From an uncultured Azospirillaceae bacterium (GTDB lineage Bacteria; Pseudomonadota; Alphaproteobacteria; RF32; CAG-239): DNA of 64,000 nucleotides. The position numbers and the translations under genes were made by a program. How positions within the stretch are numbered: the stretch's first letter is position 1; the number at the start of each line of letters is the position of its first letter. Below the pieces are notes generated by a model. That model did not search any database and was not told the DNA's origin. It was given only the letters and a program-made list of their open reading frames with translations. Location of the stretch: NCBI GenBank assembly GCA_964410325.1, contig CAYPFN010000005.1:9087-73086 (forward strand). Direction: 5' to 3'. This document shows, piece by piece, positions 1 to 10,313 of this stretch.

Positions 1-2523
1 CTGCGTCAGTAATTTAACATATGGTGTTTCACCACAACCAGCGCAAGCTCCTGAATATTCAAACAAAGGCTGAATAAGCTGCGTTGTTTTCGGCAAGTTT
101 TTAACCACTTCCGTTCTTTTGACATACGGCAGCTTTTCAAAGAATTTCCAGTTTGCCTTCTGCGCCTCGAGCTGATTTTCGATATGATCCATATTAATGG
201 CTTTTCTTGACGCATCAGCCTTATTCTTTGCTGGGCAGACGGAAACGCAAATACCACAACCAGTGCAATCTTCTGGAGAAATCTGCAGAATGAATTTCTT
301 ACCAGCAAATTCTTTACCCTTATAATCTGATGATTTTAAAGTTGCCGGAGCACCCTGCAGCTCATCATTAGAAGCTACTTTCATACGGATAACGCCGTGC
401 GGACAAACCAAAGAACACTTGCCACACTGGATACAGGTGTCCGGATCCCAAACCGGAACTTCAGTAGCAATGCAACGTTTTTCATACTGCGTCGTGCCTG
501 TCGGCCAGGTGCCATCAACCACTTCGGCAAAAGCTGAAACCGGTAGCTGGTCACCACGATCGGCAATGATTTCACCGGTCAGTTTTTTAACAAATTCCGG
601 AGCATCGGCCGGAACAGGAGCCTGACGATGGAATTTGGAAGTAACACTTGCCGGATATTCCACTTTATGCAGATGTTCCAAAGAAGCATCAACTGCTTCA
701 AAATTTTTCTGCACGATAGCATCGCCTTTTTTGCTGTAAGTTTTCTTAATTGCCGCCTTAATTTGTGAAATTGCTTCATCTTTCGGCAGAATGTTTGAAA
801 TTGCAAAGAAACAAGTCTGCATAACCGTATTGATGCGTTGTCCCATGCCGGTTGCGCGGGCAACTTCAATAGCGTTAATCGTATAAAACTGCAGTTTCTT
901 GGCAATAATTTCTTCCTGAACTTCTATCGGCAGATGATCCCAGATTTCATTTTCTGCATATGGCGCATTCAGCAAAAACGTTGCCCCTGGTTTAGCAATT
1001 TTCAAAATATCGACTTTATTCATAAACGGAAATTGATGACAGGCCACAAAATCCGCCTTATTAATAAGATAAGCCGATTTAATCGGATTATCTGAAAAAC
1101 GCAGGTGTGAAGTTGTCATGGAACCAGATTTGCGAGAGTCATACACAAAATAGCCCTGACCATATTTGCCGGCATCTTCAGCGATAATCTTAATTGAGTT
1201 TTTATTGGCACCGACCGTACCGTCTGCACCCAAACCATAGAACACAGCGCGCACAACGTCTTTCGGCTCCGTATCAATTGCATCGTCAAACGGTAAAGAT
1301 GTTTTGCTAACATCATCCGTAATACCGACAGAAAATCCGTTAATCGGATTAGCAGACAGGCCATTGTCAAATACCGCTTTGACCATACCCGGCGTAAACT
1401 CTTTGGAAGACAAGCCGTAACGGCCACCGACAATCTTCGGCATTGAGCCGAGTTTGCCATTGGCATAAGCCTGGCTCAAAGTGGCAACAACATCCAGATA
1501 AAGTGGCTCGCCGGTAGAACCTGATTCTTTAGTGCGATCCAGAACCGAAACCACTTTAACACTTTTTGGCAATGCTTTTAAGAAAGATTCTTCCGGGAAA
1601 GGACGATACAGATGAACTTTCATCACGCCAAACTTGCCACCGTTGGCATTCAAATAAGCAATAGTTTCTTCAACCGTTTCAGCACCGGAACCCATAATCA
1701 CGATAACTTCTTCGGCATCTGTCGCACCGACATAATCAACCACATGATATTGACGACCGGTAATTTTGGCAAATTTATCCATTTCCTCGGCAACGATACC
1801 TTCAACCTTTTTATAATACGGGTTAGCAGCCTCCCGACCCTGGAAAAAGACATCCGGATTTTGCGCCGTACCGCGGATAACCGGTTTTTCAGGACGCAGT
1901 GCGTGTTTGGCATTGAAAGAATAATCAACGCCTTCAAGCATTGCCCGTAAATCATCGTCAGACAAAAGCTTAATTTTTTTGATTTCATGAGATGTTCTGA
2001 ACCCATCAAAGAAATGCATAAACGGCACACGCGAACGCAAAGTTGACGTTTGTGCAATAGCAGCCATATCATGAGCTTCCTGAACTGAGTTCGAACAAAG
2101 CATGGCAAAACCGGTCTGACGGCAGCCCATTACATCGGAATGGTCACCGAAGATTGATAAGGCATGATAAGCCAAAGAACGGGCAGCGACATGCATCACA
2201 AACGGCGACAGTTCACCAGCGATTTTATACATATTCGGAATCATCAACAGCAAACCCTGAGAAGCCGTAAAAGTAGTAGTCAAAGCACCAGCCTGGATAG
2301 AACCATGGCAGGCACCGGCAGCACCGGCTTCAGACTGCATTTCCTGAACTTCTGGCACAATGCCCCACAGATTTTTCTGTTTGGCTGCCGACCATGCATC
2401 AGCCCATTCGCCCATCGGTGAAGACGGGGTAATCGGATAAATGACACAGACCTCGTTCATGCGGTGGGCAACAGAAGCTGCGGCTTCGTTACCGTCCATC
2501 ATTTTCATTTTTACATCTGACAT
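1..2523 (-). CDS. nifJ: pyruvate:ferredoxin/flavodoxin oxidoreductase (PFOR, NifJ/YdbK type), N-terminal ~840 aa; the gene runs off the window start
   Basis: One uninterrupted minus-strand frame from ATG at 2523 (RBS AAGGATG) to position 1, absent from the ORF track because it has no stop in the window. Translation begins MSDVKMKMMDGNEAAASVAHRMNEVCVIYPITPSSPMGEWADAW. Two ferredoxin-type motifs (CIQCGKCSLVCP, CTGCGICVSVCP) and ...GACAGCGETPY lie near the edge. The small minus ORFs in the track are other frames of this gene. Confidence 0.85.
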   Translation of the reverse strand, partial: MSDVKMKMMDGNEAAASVAHRMNEVCVIYPITPSSPMGEWADAWSAAKQKNLWGIVPEVQEMQSEAGAAGACHGSIQAGALTTTFTASQGLLLMIPNMYKIAGELSPFVMHVAARSLAYHALSIFGDHSDVMGCRQTGFAMLCSNSVQEAHDMAAIAQTSTLRSRVPFMHFFDGFRTSHEIKKIKLLSDDDLRAMLEGVDYSFNAKHALRPEKPVIRGTAQNPDVFFQGREAANPYYKKVEGIVAEEMDKFAKITGRQYHVVDYVGATDAEEVIVIMGSGAETVEETIAYLNANGGKFGVMKVHLYRPFPEESFLKALPKSVKVVSVLDRTKESGSTGEPLYLDVVATLSQAYANGKLGSMPKIVGGRYGLSSKEFTPGMVKAVFDNGLSANPINGFSVGITDDVSKTSLPFDDAIDTEPKDVVRAVFYGLGADGTVGANKNSIKIIAEDAGKYGQGYFVYDSRKSGSMTTSHLRFSDNPIKSAYLINKADFVACHQFPFMNKVDILKIAKPGATFLLNAPYAENEIWDHLPIEVQEEIIAKKLQFYTINAIEVARATGMGQRINTVMQTCFFAISNILPKDEAISQIKAAIKKTYSKKGDAIVQKNFEAVDASLEHLHKVEYPASVTSKFHRQAPVPADAPEFVKKLTGEIIADRGDQLPVSAFAEVVDGTWPTGTTQYEKRCIATEVPVWDPDTCIQCGKCSLVCPHGVIRMKVASNDELQGAPATLKSSDYKGKEFAGKKFILQISPEDCTGCGICVSVCPAKNKADASRKAINMDHIENQLEAQKANWKFFEKLPYVKRTEVVKNLPKTTQLIQPLFEYSGACAGCGETPYVKLLTQ

Positions 2524-2782
2524 TTAAGCATCCTTAAAAATTTTAAGTTACACAAATAAAAAAAGTCCTGCAGATGAGACGGTTTAACGCCTGATCTTCC
2601 GGCCTTTCTGGTTTAGAAATTAAATTCTGCGTGTTTGATAGCATATTATGCGGAAATTGCAAGTTTTTTTTGACTTTTTTCAAAGGATTTTAGCATATTC
2701 GTCCAGTCTAAATTTTTATGATTGACAAAATTTGCCACAGAGTATAACGTGTTGGTAATAAATATTATTAATTATATCAATT

Positions 2783-3319
2783 ATGAAGCTAAAAGAATAT
2801 TACCAAAACAGAAACAGTTTCTGTAACATCTTCACGGATGCAGAACTGAAACAAGACATTTCCAACTTACTTGGAATTTCCGTATTCGTTGAAAATCCGG
2901 CTTTAAAATCAATTAAAGAGAAAAAACAAATTCTAATCGAAAATCATGACAAAATCCTGGGATTTGCATACTATTTGCTAGACTATCAGGGCATTCATGA
3001 TCAAGTTTTTGAAAGTCAAATCGAATTGTTCCAAATATTTGCCGGAATGATTTTTCTGAAGAGAATTCCATTTGCAGACGCAGAACACCGTCTGCTGGAA
3101 ATCAGCCAGAAATATGAATTGGCAACTGTATATCCAGAAAAAGAAAATGTAGCCAATTTCATTCTTGGCAACATTGAAAAATTCAGCCAGGATGAATTAA
3201 AACAAATCTGCCACAAGATTGAAAAAGCTTCAGTCGTTGAGTTTCTGGGAGAAGAATCCGTGCAGATTCTATACAAAATTTGCCGTTCGAAAACCAGCTG
3301 GTTGAGCAAATTTTTCTAA
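2783..3319 (+). CDS. hypothetical cytoplasmic protein (178 aa), no recognisable domain
   Basis: Clean ORF, TTGACA-type promoter at ~2721, shared terminator downstream. Confidence 0.5.
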   Translation: MKLKEYYQNRNSFCNIFTDAELKQDISNLLGISVFVENPALKSIKEKKQILIENHDKILGFAYYLLDYQGIHDQVFESQIELFQIFAGMIFLKRIPFADAEHRLLEISQKYELATVYPEKENVANFILGNIEKFSQDELKQICHKIEKASVVEFLGEESVQILYKICRSKTSWLSKFF

Positions 3320-3332
3320 ACCAGCACTCTAC

Positions 3333-3365
3333 AAAAAACCCCGCTTTTCAAGCCGGGGTTTTTCC
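3333..3365. terminator. bidirectional rho-independent terminator between the hypothetical gene and thyA
   Basis: GC hairpin AAAACCCCGCTTTTCAAGCCGGGGTTTTT flanked by A and T runs. Confidence 0.6.
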
Positions 3366-3379
3366 TTGGAACGAAATGC

Positions 3380-4165
3380 CTAAACAGCCACTTTGCCTTT
3401 CAAAACACCATAACTTTCATAACTTTCAAGCGTAAAATCTTCATATTTAAAGTCATTAATGTTTTTCACATCAGGATTAATTTTCATCTTCGGTAGCGGC
3501 AAAGGTGTACGGCTTAACTGTTCCCGCACCTGCTCAAAATGGTTGTGATAAATATGTGTATCACCCAAAGTATGCACAAACTCACCCAATTTCAAACCGC
3601 AGACCTGAGCAATCATCATCGTCAACAAGGCATACGAGGCTATATTAAACGGCACGCCCAAAAACATATCGCAAGAACGCTGATATAACATACATGAAAG
3701 CCTATCTCCAGAAACATAAAACTGAAACATCATATGGCACGGTGGCAGTTTCATTTCATTAATTTTACTAACATTCCATGCAGAAACAATCATCCGCCGA
3801 TCATTGGGATTTTTCTTTAACGTTTCAATCACATTGGCCAGCTGATCAATTCCCTCGCCGTTCCAATTGCGCCATTGCGAACCATAAACCGGACCAAGAT
3901 TGCCGTTCTCATCAGCCCATTCATTCCAAATGCGCACGCCATTATCTTGCAGATACTTAACATTTGTATCCCCTTTAATAAACCATAAAAGTTCATAAAT
4001 AATACTTTTAAGATGAACTTTTTTAGTTGTTAGCAACGGAAAACCATCATTTAAATCAAAACGCATTTGCCGGCCGAAAACCGAACGCGTTCCAACCCCG
4101 GTGCGATCCATTTTATCCACGCCGTTTTCCATAACATCGCGCAGTAAATCAAGATATTGCTTCAT
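3380..4165 (-). CDS. thyA: thymidylate synthase ThyA
   Basis: 261 aa, strongly E. coli ThyA-like ([11 protein letters not shown]...DRTGVGT...LPPCH..QFYV). Confidence 0.95.
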   Translation of the reverse strand: MKQYLDLLRDVMENGVDKMDRTGVGTRSVFGRQMRFDLNDGFPLLTTKKVHLKSIIYELLWFIKGDTNVKYLQDNGVRIWNEWADENGNLGPVYGSQWRNWNGEGIDQLANVIETLKKNPNDRRMIVSAWNVSKINEMKLPPCHMMFQFYVSGDRLSCMLYQRSCDMFLGVPFNIASYALLTMMIAQVCGLKLGEFVHTLGDTHIYHNHFEQVREQLSRTPLPLPKMKINPDVKNINDFKYEDFTLESYESYGVLKGKVAV

Positions 4166-4743
4166 TTGTTTTCTCCCGTGTTTTCAATTGCTTTAAAGAT
4201 ATGTTTTAGAATAGCGCAGTCTATAAAATCGCCTTTTTTGAGCCACACCGAAGTAACAACCATGTCTTCCTCATAATCTTTTGATATTTTCTGATATTTT
4301 TTATGCATTATTTCAACACACGGCGTTATATCAATTTTCGGACCGTCAAGCGCCGGATTGATTTCACCTTGATAAACGCAATCTACTACAATATCTGGCC
4401 GTAGTTTATCCGATGCGTTCATAAATGTTTTGTATATACTGGCGCCACCAGCCAAATAAAACGTACCACTCCGAGCCTTAAACTCATTAACATCCGTAAT
4501 TACAAAATGATTTTGTTCATCAGAAACTTCATAATCCGGATTAAAGCTCAAAACATAAATTTTACGGTTCGGCAGTGTCCGATTAGGAAAACTTTCATAG
4601 GTCTTTTCCCCGGCAATCAGATTTTGCCCTTCGGTCAAACGGCGGAAACGTTTAAAATCAGAAGATATATGCCACGGAATATTCGCGCCTACTCCTATAA
4701 TATTATCATCTTTATGGCGGCACCAAACCGCAATAATCGTCAT
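4162..4743 (-). CDS. folA: dihydrofolate reductase (divergent FolA)
   Basis: 193 aa, N-terminus [22 protein letters not shown], 4-bp overlap with thyA (thyA-folA operon). Confidence 0.7.
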   Translation of the reverse strand: MTIIAVWCRHKDDNIIGVGANIPWHISSDFKRFRRLTEGQNLIAGEKTYESFPNRTLPNRKIYVLSFNPDYEVSDEQNHFVITDVNEFKARSGTFYLAGGASIYKTFMNASDKLRPDIVVDCVYQGEINPALDGPKIDITPCVEIMHKKYQKISKDYEEDMVVTSVWLKKGDFIDCAILKHIFKAIENTGENK

Positions 4744-4922
4744 AACGATCTCCTTCCCTAACTACTGTCTGTAAGCATAACAGCCAGACGTAAAATTTCA
4801 AACGCTTTTAAACTTATATACAAGCCGGATAAATAAACCGGAAAACACCTTTACATATTAAGACTTATTTTAATATTTAGGATTATTCTAAACAGAAATT
4901 AACTCAAATCAGGAAAACAAAT

Positions 4923-5969
4923 ATGTTTCTATTTTTTCAAGGGATTGAAATTCCCGTGCTTATTCGAGCCGGAGCGGCATTTTTTACGGCTTTGATTTTA
5001 TCTCTAGCTTTCGGCAACAGCGTCATATCTTTTTTGCGATGCCGCCAGCATCACGGCCAACCAATCCGCACGGATGGACCACAAAACCATTTAACTACCA
5101 AACAAGGCACGCCGACTATGGGCGGCTTGCTAATTTTGGCTGCGACAATAACCTCCATAGTTTTATTTGCCAACATCCGTTACCATTTTATTTGGGTCTG
5201 CCTTTTGGTTTTGCTGGCCTATGGTGCAACCGGATTTATTGACGACTATATCAAAGTCACCAAAGAAACACCTAACGCCTTAACGGCCAAAGCCAAGCTC
5301 TTTATTCAGTTTATAACCGCCGTTGTCGCCGTAACAATCATTACCGCTGCAACCCCGAATGCCTCGGATACAATTCTGTCCGTACCGTATTTTAAGACTG
5401 TTTTTAACCTTTCTTGGTTATACATTCCTTTTGCCGTCATTGTCATATCCGGCGCTTCAAACGGCGTAAACTTAAGTGACGGTTTGGACGGCTTGGCTGC
5501 CGGACTGCTTATCCTAGCTTTTTCGTTCTTTGCTGTTATTGCATTTATTGTCGGAACGCCACTGGCGAAAAACTTTTCTTTTATCTACATTCCGCGCAGT
5601 GATGAAATTTCCGTCGTTTGCGCCGCCGTTGTTGGCGCCTGTTTAGGCTTTTTACGGTTTAACGCTCCTAAAGCCAAAGTATTTATGGGAGATACTGGTT
5701 CTCTCGCTTTGGGCGCTTTGCTCGGCACAATCGCGGTAATCGTCAAACAAGAAATTTTGCTTGCCATTGCCGGTGGATTATTTGTTATTGAAACACTTTC
5801 CGTCATTATACAGGTTTTCTGGTACAAAAAAACCGGCAGGCGTTTTTTTAAAATGGCTCCCATTCATCACCACTTCGAACAACTCGGCTGGAAAGAAACA
5901 ACCGTAGTCGCCCGTTTTTGGCTAACAGGTTTCATTTTTGCTGTCATTGCTCTGGCTTCACTGATTTAA
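4923..5969 (+). CDS. mraY: phospho-N-acetylmuramoyl-pentapeptide transferase MraY
   Basis: 348 aa polytopic membrane protein with MraY motifs (PTMGG, DDYIKV, NGVNLSDGLDGLA). Confidence 0.95.
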   Translation: MFLFFQGIEIPVLIRAGAAFFTALILSLAFGNSVISFLRCRQHHGQPIRTDGPQNHLTTKQGTPTMGGLLILAATITSIVLFANIRYHFIWVCLLVLLAYGATGFIDDYIKVTKETPNALTAKAKLFIQFITAVVAVTIITAATPNASDTILSVPYFKTVFNLSWLYIPFAVIVISGASNGVNLSDGLDGLAAGLLILAFSFFAVIAFIVGTPLAKNFSFIYIPRSDEISVVCAAVVGACLGFLRFNAPKAKVFMGDTGSLALGALLGTIAVIVKQEILLAIAGGLFVIETLSVIIQVFWYKKTGRRFFKMAPIHHHFEQLGWKETTVVARFWLTGFIFAVIALASLI

Positions 5970-5991
5970 CTTCGGAAAGGAGAAAAACACC

Positions 5992-7125
5992 GTGTTTGCA
6001 TTTTCAAGATTAAGCCGTAGCCGCATGGCAAATTGGTGGTGGACTGTTGATAAGGTTACTTTGAGCTTAACGCTGGTCTTGATTTTCATCGGTGTTTTTT
6101 TGGTTTTTTCGGCTAGTCCTTCTGTTGCTCGACGGATTGGTTTCGGCGACTATCATTTCATCAAACGTCAGCTTGTATTTATCATTATTGCGTTATTTAT
6201 CATCTTTTTCCTCTCCCTCCAGCGCCTTAAAACAATCCGTCGGATTGCAATTATCGGTTATGTTATCACACTGGTATTAATGTTGTTGACGCTTTTCTCT
6301 GGTTATGAAACCAAAGGCGCCTCTCGTTGGATAAGGCTTTTCGGCTTTTCTCTACAGCCTTCCGAATTTATCAAACCAACCTTTGTGGTTGTATCAGCCT
6401 GGCTATTGGACGGCAGTAAAAAATTTGAAGATTTTCCAGGCGGGCTACTTTCCGCCAGTTTATTTGTCTTAACCGCTGGCATGCTGCTCCTGCAGCCTGA
6501 TGTCGGAATGACAATTATTGTTTCATGTATTTGGGGGTTTCAATTATTTTTAGCTGGCCTGCCGATAGCCCTGGTCGCTGTTTTAGGCTTGGTCGCCATT
6601 GCCGGCTTAATTGGCGTTTATTTTACTTTTGAGCATGTCCATAATCGGATTCAACAGTTTTTAGCCTCAGGCGATAATATCGGCTACCAGGTGCGGAAAT
6701 CTCTGGAAGCTTTTGCCAATGGCAACCTTTTGGGACGAGGCCCTGGCGAAGGCAGCGTAAAACTTAATTTGCCAGATGCGCATACCGATTTTATATTTTC
6801 CGTTGCCGGCGAGGAATTTGGAATTTGGCTGTGTTTAATTTTAATTATATTATTCAGCATTATCGTTATCCGTTCCCTGATACTATCTTTAAAAGATAAT
6901 AACCTGTTTATTGTGTATGCATCTGCTGGTTTGGCGGCGTCCATAGGGTTGCAAAGCATTACTAACATGGCTTCATCACTGCATCTGATGCCGACCACAG
7001 GAGTGACCTTACCTTTTATTTCATACGGCGGATCATCTTTATTCGCTTCAGCGATAACTATTGGCATGCTTCTAGCCATAACTCGTAAAAACTCTTCAGC
7101 CGAAGACAAAGACGGACCTTTTTAA
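5992..7125 (+). CDS. ftsW: SEDS-family cell division protein FtsW (GTG start)
   Basis: 377 aa, ...PTTGVTLPFISYGGSS motif, lies between mraY and murB. Confidence 0.85.
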   Translation: MFAFSRLSRSRMANWWWTVDKVTLSLTLVLIFIGVFLVFSASPSVARRIGFGDYHFIKRQLVFIIIALFIIFFLSLQRLKTIRRIAIIGYVITLVLMLLTLFSGYETKGASRWIRLFGFSLQPSEFIKPTFVVVSAWLLDGSKKFEDFPGGLLSASLFVLTAGMLLLQPDVGMTIIVSCIWGFQLFLAGLPIALVAVLGLVAIAGLIGVYFTFEHVHNRIQQFLASGDNIGYQVRKSLEAFANGNLLGRGPGEGSVKLNLPDAHTDFIFSVAGEEFGIWLCLILIILFSIIVIRSLILSLKDNNLFIVYASAGLAASIGLQSITNMASSLHLMPTTGVTLPFISYGGSSLFASAITIGMLLAITRKNSSAEDKDGPF

Positions 7126-7143
7126 AAAAGAAAGGAAAAACAC

Positions 7144-8064
7144 ATGTTTGACAACTTATTCAAAAAAACTCTGATAGATATGCTTCCTGAAGTTCGCGGA
7201 AAATATTTTAAAAATGTTCCTTTAAATAAGCATACTTGGTTCGGCGTCGGCGGTCCGGCGGAAGTAATGTTCATTCCTGAAGATCTCGACGATTTATGCC
7301 ATTTTCTAATAAGGCGTCCTTATAACGTTCCCGTCTGCCTTATCGGTGGCGGCTCAAACCTATTGGTGCGCGACGGGGGAATTCCGGGAGTAGTTATCAA
7401 ACTTGACAGCCCCTATTTCCGACAAATTAAAATCAACCAAGATTCCATCACCTGTTTTGCCGGACTAAAAAACATTGAATTAAAGAAAACATTATTGACC
7501 GAAGAAATAGGTGGCTTAGAATTCTTGTGCTCCATTCCGGGATGCATCGGCGGTTCAATCAAAACCAATGCCGGATGTTTCGGCAAATGCCTTAAAGATG
7601 TTTTAGTTAGTGCCGTAATTGTAGACGGTACTGGCGGAGTCAAAGAAATCATCCCCGACGATCTACAGCTCTCCTATCGTAACAGTTTATTTCCCGATGA
7701 CTGGATAATCGTTTCCATTACTTTAAAAACGGAAAAAAGCTCGCGGGAAAATATTAATAAAATTTTGGAAGAACAAAAAGAATATCGTATAAAACACCAA
7801 CCATATAATGAAAAAACTGCTGGATCTACTTTTAAAAATCCGGAAGGGTTAAAAGCTTGGGAACTCATAAAAAAATCAGGCTGTGCAAATTTACACATCG
7901 GCGGAGCCAAAGTTTCCGAAAAACATTGCAACTTCTTAATCAATACCGGCAAGGCTACGGCGGCTGATATTGAAACTTTAGGCGACACAATCGTCCAAAA
8001 AGTAAAAGAACACACTTCCATTACTTTGGAATGGGAGGTCAAAAAAATAGGAATTAACAAGTAA
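7144..8064 (+). CDS. murB: UDP-N-acetylenolpyruvoylglucosamine reductase MurB
   Basis: 306 aa, FAD-binding N-terminus WFGVGGPAEVMF, MurB C-terminal domain. Confidence 0.85.
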   Translation: MFDNLFKKTLIDMLPEVRGKYFKNVPLNKHTWFGVGGPAEVMFIPEDLDDLCHFLIRRPYNVPVCLIGGGSNLLVRDGGIPGVVIKLDSPYFRQIKINQDSITCFAGLKNIELKKTLLTEEIGGLEFLCSIPGCIGGSIKTNAGCFGKCLKDVLVSAVIVDGTGGVKEIIPDDLQLSYRNSLFPDDWIIVSITLKTEKSSRENINKILEEQKEYRIKHQPYNEKTAGSTFKNPEGLKAWELIKKSGCANLHIGGAKVSEKHCNFLINTGKATAADIETLGDTIVQKVKEHTSITLEWEVKKIGINK

Positions 8065-8066
8065 AA

Positions 8067-8921
8067 ATGTTATCGTTTTTTTTAAAAAAATTCTCCCAAA
8101 AGAAACGCGAAAAACCCTTTCAGGGAAAGAATCGCATTTTTCTGCCTGTCGAAATTCCTTACCGCATATTGGGAAATATACTTATCTTGGGAGTTATCGC
8201 TTCCATCTGTGCCATTTTAATTACCATCAGGGATGATCTTATCAATAAAAAAGTCGAAAGTCTCCTGAACGATTTTTATACTTTTTCCTTACATCACGGT
8301 TGGGCCATAGATGATATTTTAATCCAAGGGCGGGATAAAACCTCTCTTCAGGATTTGCAAAATAAAATAAACATGAGCAGAAACCATAATATTTTGCAGG
8401 TAGATTTACGTGAACTTAAAAACGCTTTAGAAGAACTTCCCTGGGTTAAAAGCGCAGAAATCCGTCGCCACTTTTTCCCTAACATACTGCAAATTCGTCT
8501 TCATGAAAAAGAAATTATTGCTTTATGGCAATACGGCAACAAATTTTATCCTGTCGATACAACCGGTAGTCTGATTGATGTGGCATACACGCCAGATAAG
8601 CCAGCTTTAATTATCGTCGGTCGGAATGCGCCGAAAAAAATCAATGATTTATTAAAAATAACCTCGGTAAATTCCGAACTGCATCAACGGATAAAAGCCG
8701 CTATTTTATATGCAGGGAGGCGTTGGGATATCGTATTTGATGACATTGAAAACGGCATTACCGTCAAACTTCCGGAAAAAGATATTGAACAAGCTTGGGA
8801 AAAATTTGCAAAAATAAATACCAGGCACGGACTTCTTAAGCGTAAATTAACCATCATAGATTTACGATACGATAATAAAATAAGTGTAACCGTAGACAAT
8901 TCGGATCTTCCCGAAAAATAA
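8067..8921 (+). CDS. ftsQ: cell division protein FtsQ (POTRA domain)
   Basis: 284 aa, single TM then POTRA (VDLRELKNALEELPWVKSAEIRR..ILQIRLHEKE). Confidence 0.75.
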   Translation: MLSFFLKKFSQKKREKPFQGKNRIFLPVEIPYRILGNILILGVIASICAILITIRDDLINKKVESLLNDFYTFSLHHGWAIDDILIQGRDKTSLQDLQNKINMSRNHNILQVDLRELKNALEELPWVKSAEIRRHFFPNILQIRLHEKEIIALWQYGNKFYPVDTTGSLIDVAYTPDKPALIIVGRNAPKKINDLLKITSVNSELHQRIKAAILYAGRRWDIVFDDIENGITVKLPEKDIEQAWEKFAKINTRHGLLKRKLTIIDLRYDNKISVTVDNSDLPEK

Positions 8922-8945
8922 AATTTTTCTGGACAGGAGAACAAA

Positions 8946-10199
8946 GTGAATCATTCTTTTAACCGGTCTTCTTCTCTGGCAACTTTAGACATAGGCTCGT
9001 CTAAAGTATGCTGTTTAATTGCCCACATCGGCCGCGATAAAAGAATCGAAATTGTCGGGCACGGCTACAATGCTTCCCATGGCATAAAAAATGGCATCAT
9101 CACCGATATAAATCAGGCAACATTATCAGTGTGCAACGCCGTTGAGACTGCTGAACAAATGGCTAATGAACGCATAAACCGCATCATTGTCAACGTTTCC
9201 GGAGAAAAAACCCGAAGCCTTATACGTAGCACCGCTATTTCTTTGCACAAAAACCGGCCGATAAGTGATGCTGATATTGAAAAATTAATAAATAAGGACA
9301 ATTCAAAAATAAATCTTGCGAATAACGAGCTTATTCATTGTCTGCCGACAAACTACCGCATTGACAAAGGGGAACCACTCAAAGATCCTCGCGATATTTA
9401 CGGCGAAAACTTAAGCCTGGATATCATGTTAGGCTTCTATCCAGCAATGCTTTATAAAAACCTGTCCGCCGTTATTGAAAACGCACATTTGGAAATTGCC
9501 GGGAGGGCTTTTTCCGCTTATGCTTCCGGCCTAGCCTGCCTGGTTGAAGATGAAAAAGAACTCGGTGCCACGATTGTTGATATTGGCGGTGGCACCACAA
9601 GCATCGCTACATTCAAAAACGGATTTCCCATTCATTTTTCGACCATTCCTGTTGGTGGCAACAATATCACCAATGATATTGCTTGGGGTTTAACAACCTC
9701 ATTTGCCCACGCCGAAGACTTAAAAAATCGGCACGGTTGCGCTTTTCTTATCAGTCAAGATGAGGCAGAGATTATTAATGTCTATCCGGTTGGCGAAGAA
9801 GATGACAATTCTATCCGCCAAATTCATAAATCTGACTTAATTAACATCATTGCCCCGCGGGTTGAAGAAATGTTTGAAATGATTGCGCATAAATTAAATG
9901 AACACGGTCTAAAGAACCTTACCAGCCATCGAATTGTTTTGACCGGTGGCAGCAGCCAGCTACCCGGAATCCGCGATATAGCCAATTTGGTTTTGGACAA
10001 GCAAGTACGTCTAGGAATTCCGCGCAACATTCCGAGTATACCGAAAATCCTTTACAATCCGACGTTCTCCACATCTTTGGGAATGTTGTTGTTTGCTCTC
10101 AACTATAATGAGCGCAAACCTCCGAAATTATCCAGACGGACTTCCGTTGAAACCGGCGGTTTGAATAGAATATTTTCCTGGTTTAAACAAAATTTTTAA
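8946..10199 (+). CDS. ftsA: cell division protein FtsA (GTG start)
   Basis: 417 aa actin-like ATPase (DIGSSKV..., VDIGGGTTSIA). Confidence 0.9.
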   Translation: MNHSFNRSSSLATLDIGSSKVCCLIAHIGRDKRIEIVGHGYNASHGIKNGIITDINQATLSVCNAVETAEQMANERINRIIVNVSGEKTRSLIRSTAISLHKNRPISDADIEKLINKDNSKINLANNELIHCLPTNYRIDKGEPLKDPRDIYGENLSLDIMLGFYPAMLYKNLSAVIENAHLEIAGRAFSAYASGLACLVEDEKELGATIVDIGGGTTSIATFKNGFPIHFSTIPVGGNNITNDIAWGLTTSFAHAEDLKNRHGCAFLISQDEAEIINVYPVGEEDDNSIRQIHKSDLINIIAPRVEEMFEMIAHKLNEHGLKNLTSHRIVLTGGSSQLPGIRDIANLVLDKQVRLGIPRNIPSIPKILYNPTFSTSLGMLLFALNYNERKPPKLSRRTSVETGGLNRIFSWFKQNF

Positions 10200-10313
10200 T
10201 GCGCTTCTGCTTAACTTCTGCATAAAAGATTGAACTAAATAAGCTTTAGTAACTAAACCTTAATTTATTAGGGGTATCATGATAAGCAAGTAAAGAATCA
10301 ATTTGGGAGTATA

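Noticed and set aside
6-2108. Five short minus-strand ORFs and one plus-strand ORF (1612..1950) from the track (6..308, 381..575, 579..905, 1116..1466, 1698..2108)
   Set aside because: They are all alternative frames inside the single open PFOR frame 1..2523 and are not independent genes.
6684-7109. 141-aa minus ORF inside ftsW
   Set aside because: Antisense to a conserved SEDS gene and lacks features of a real gene.
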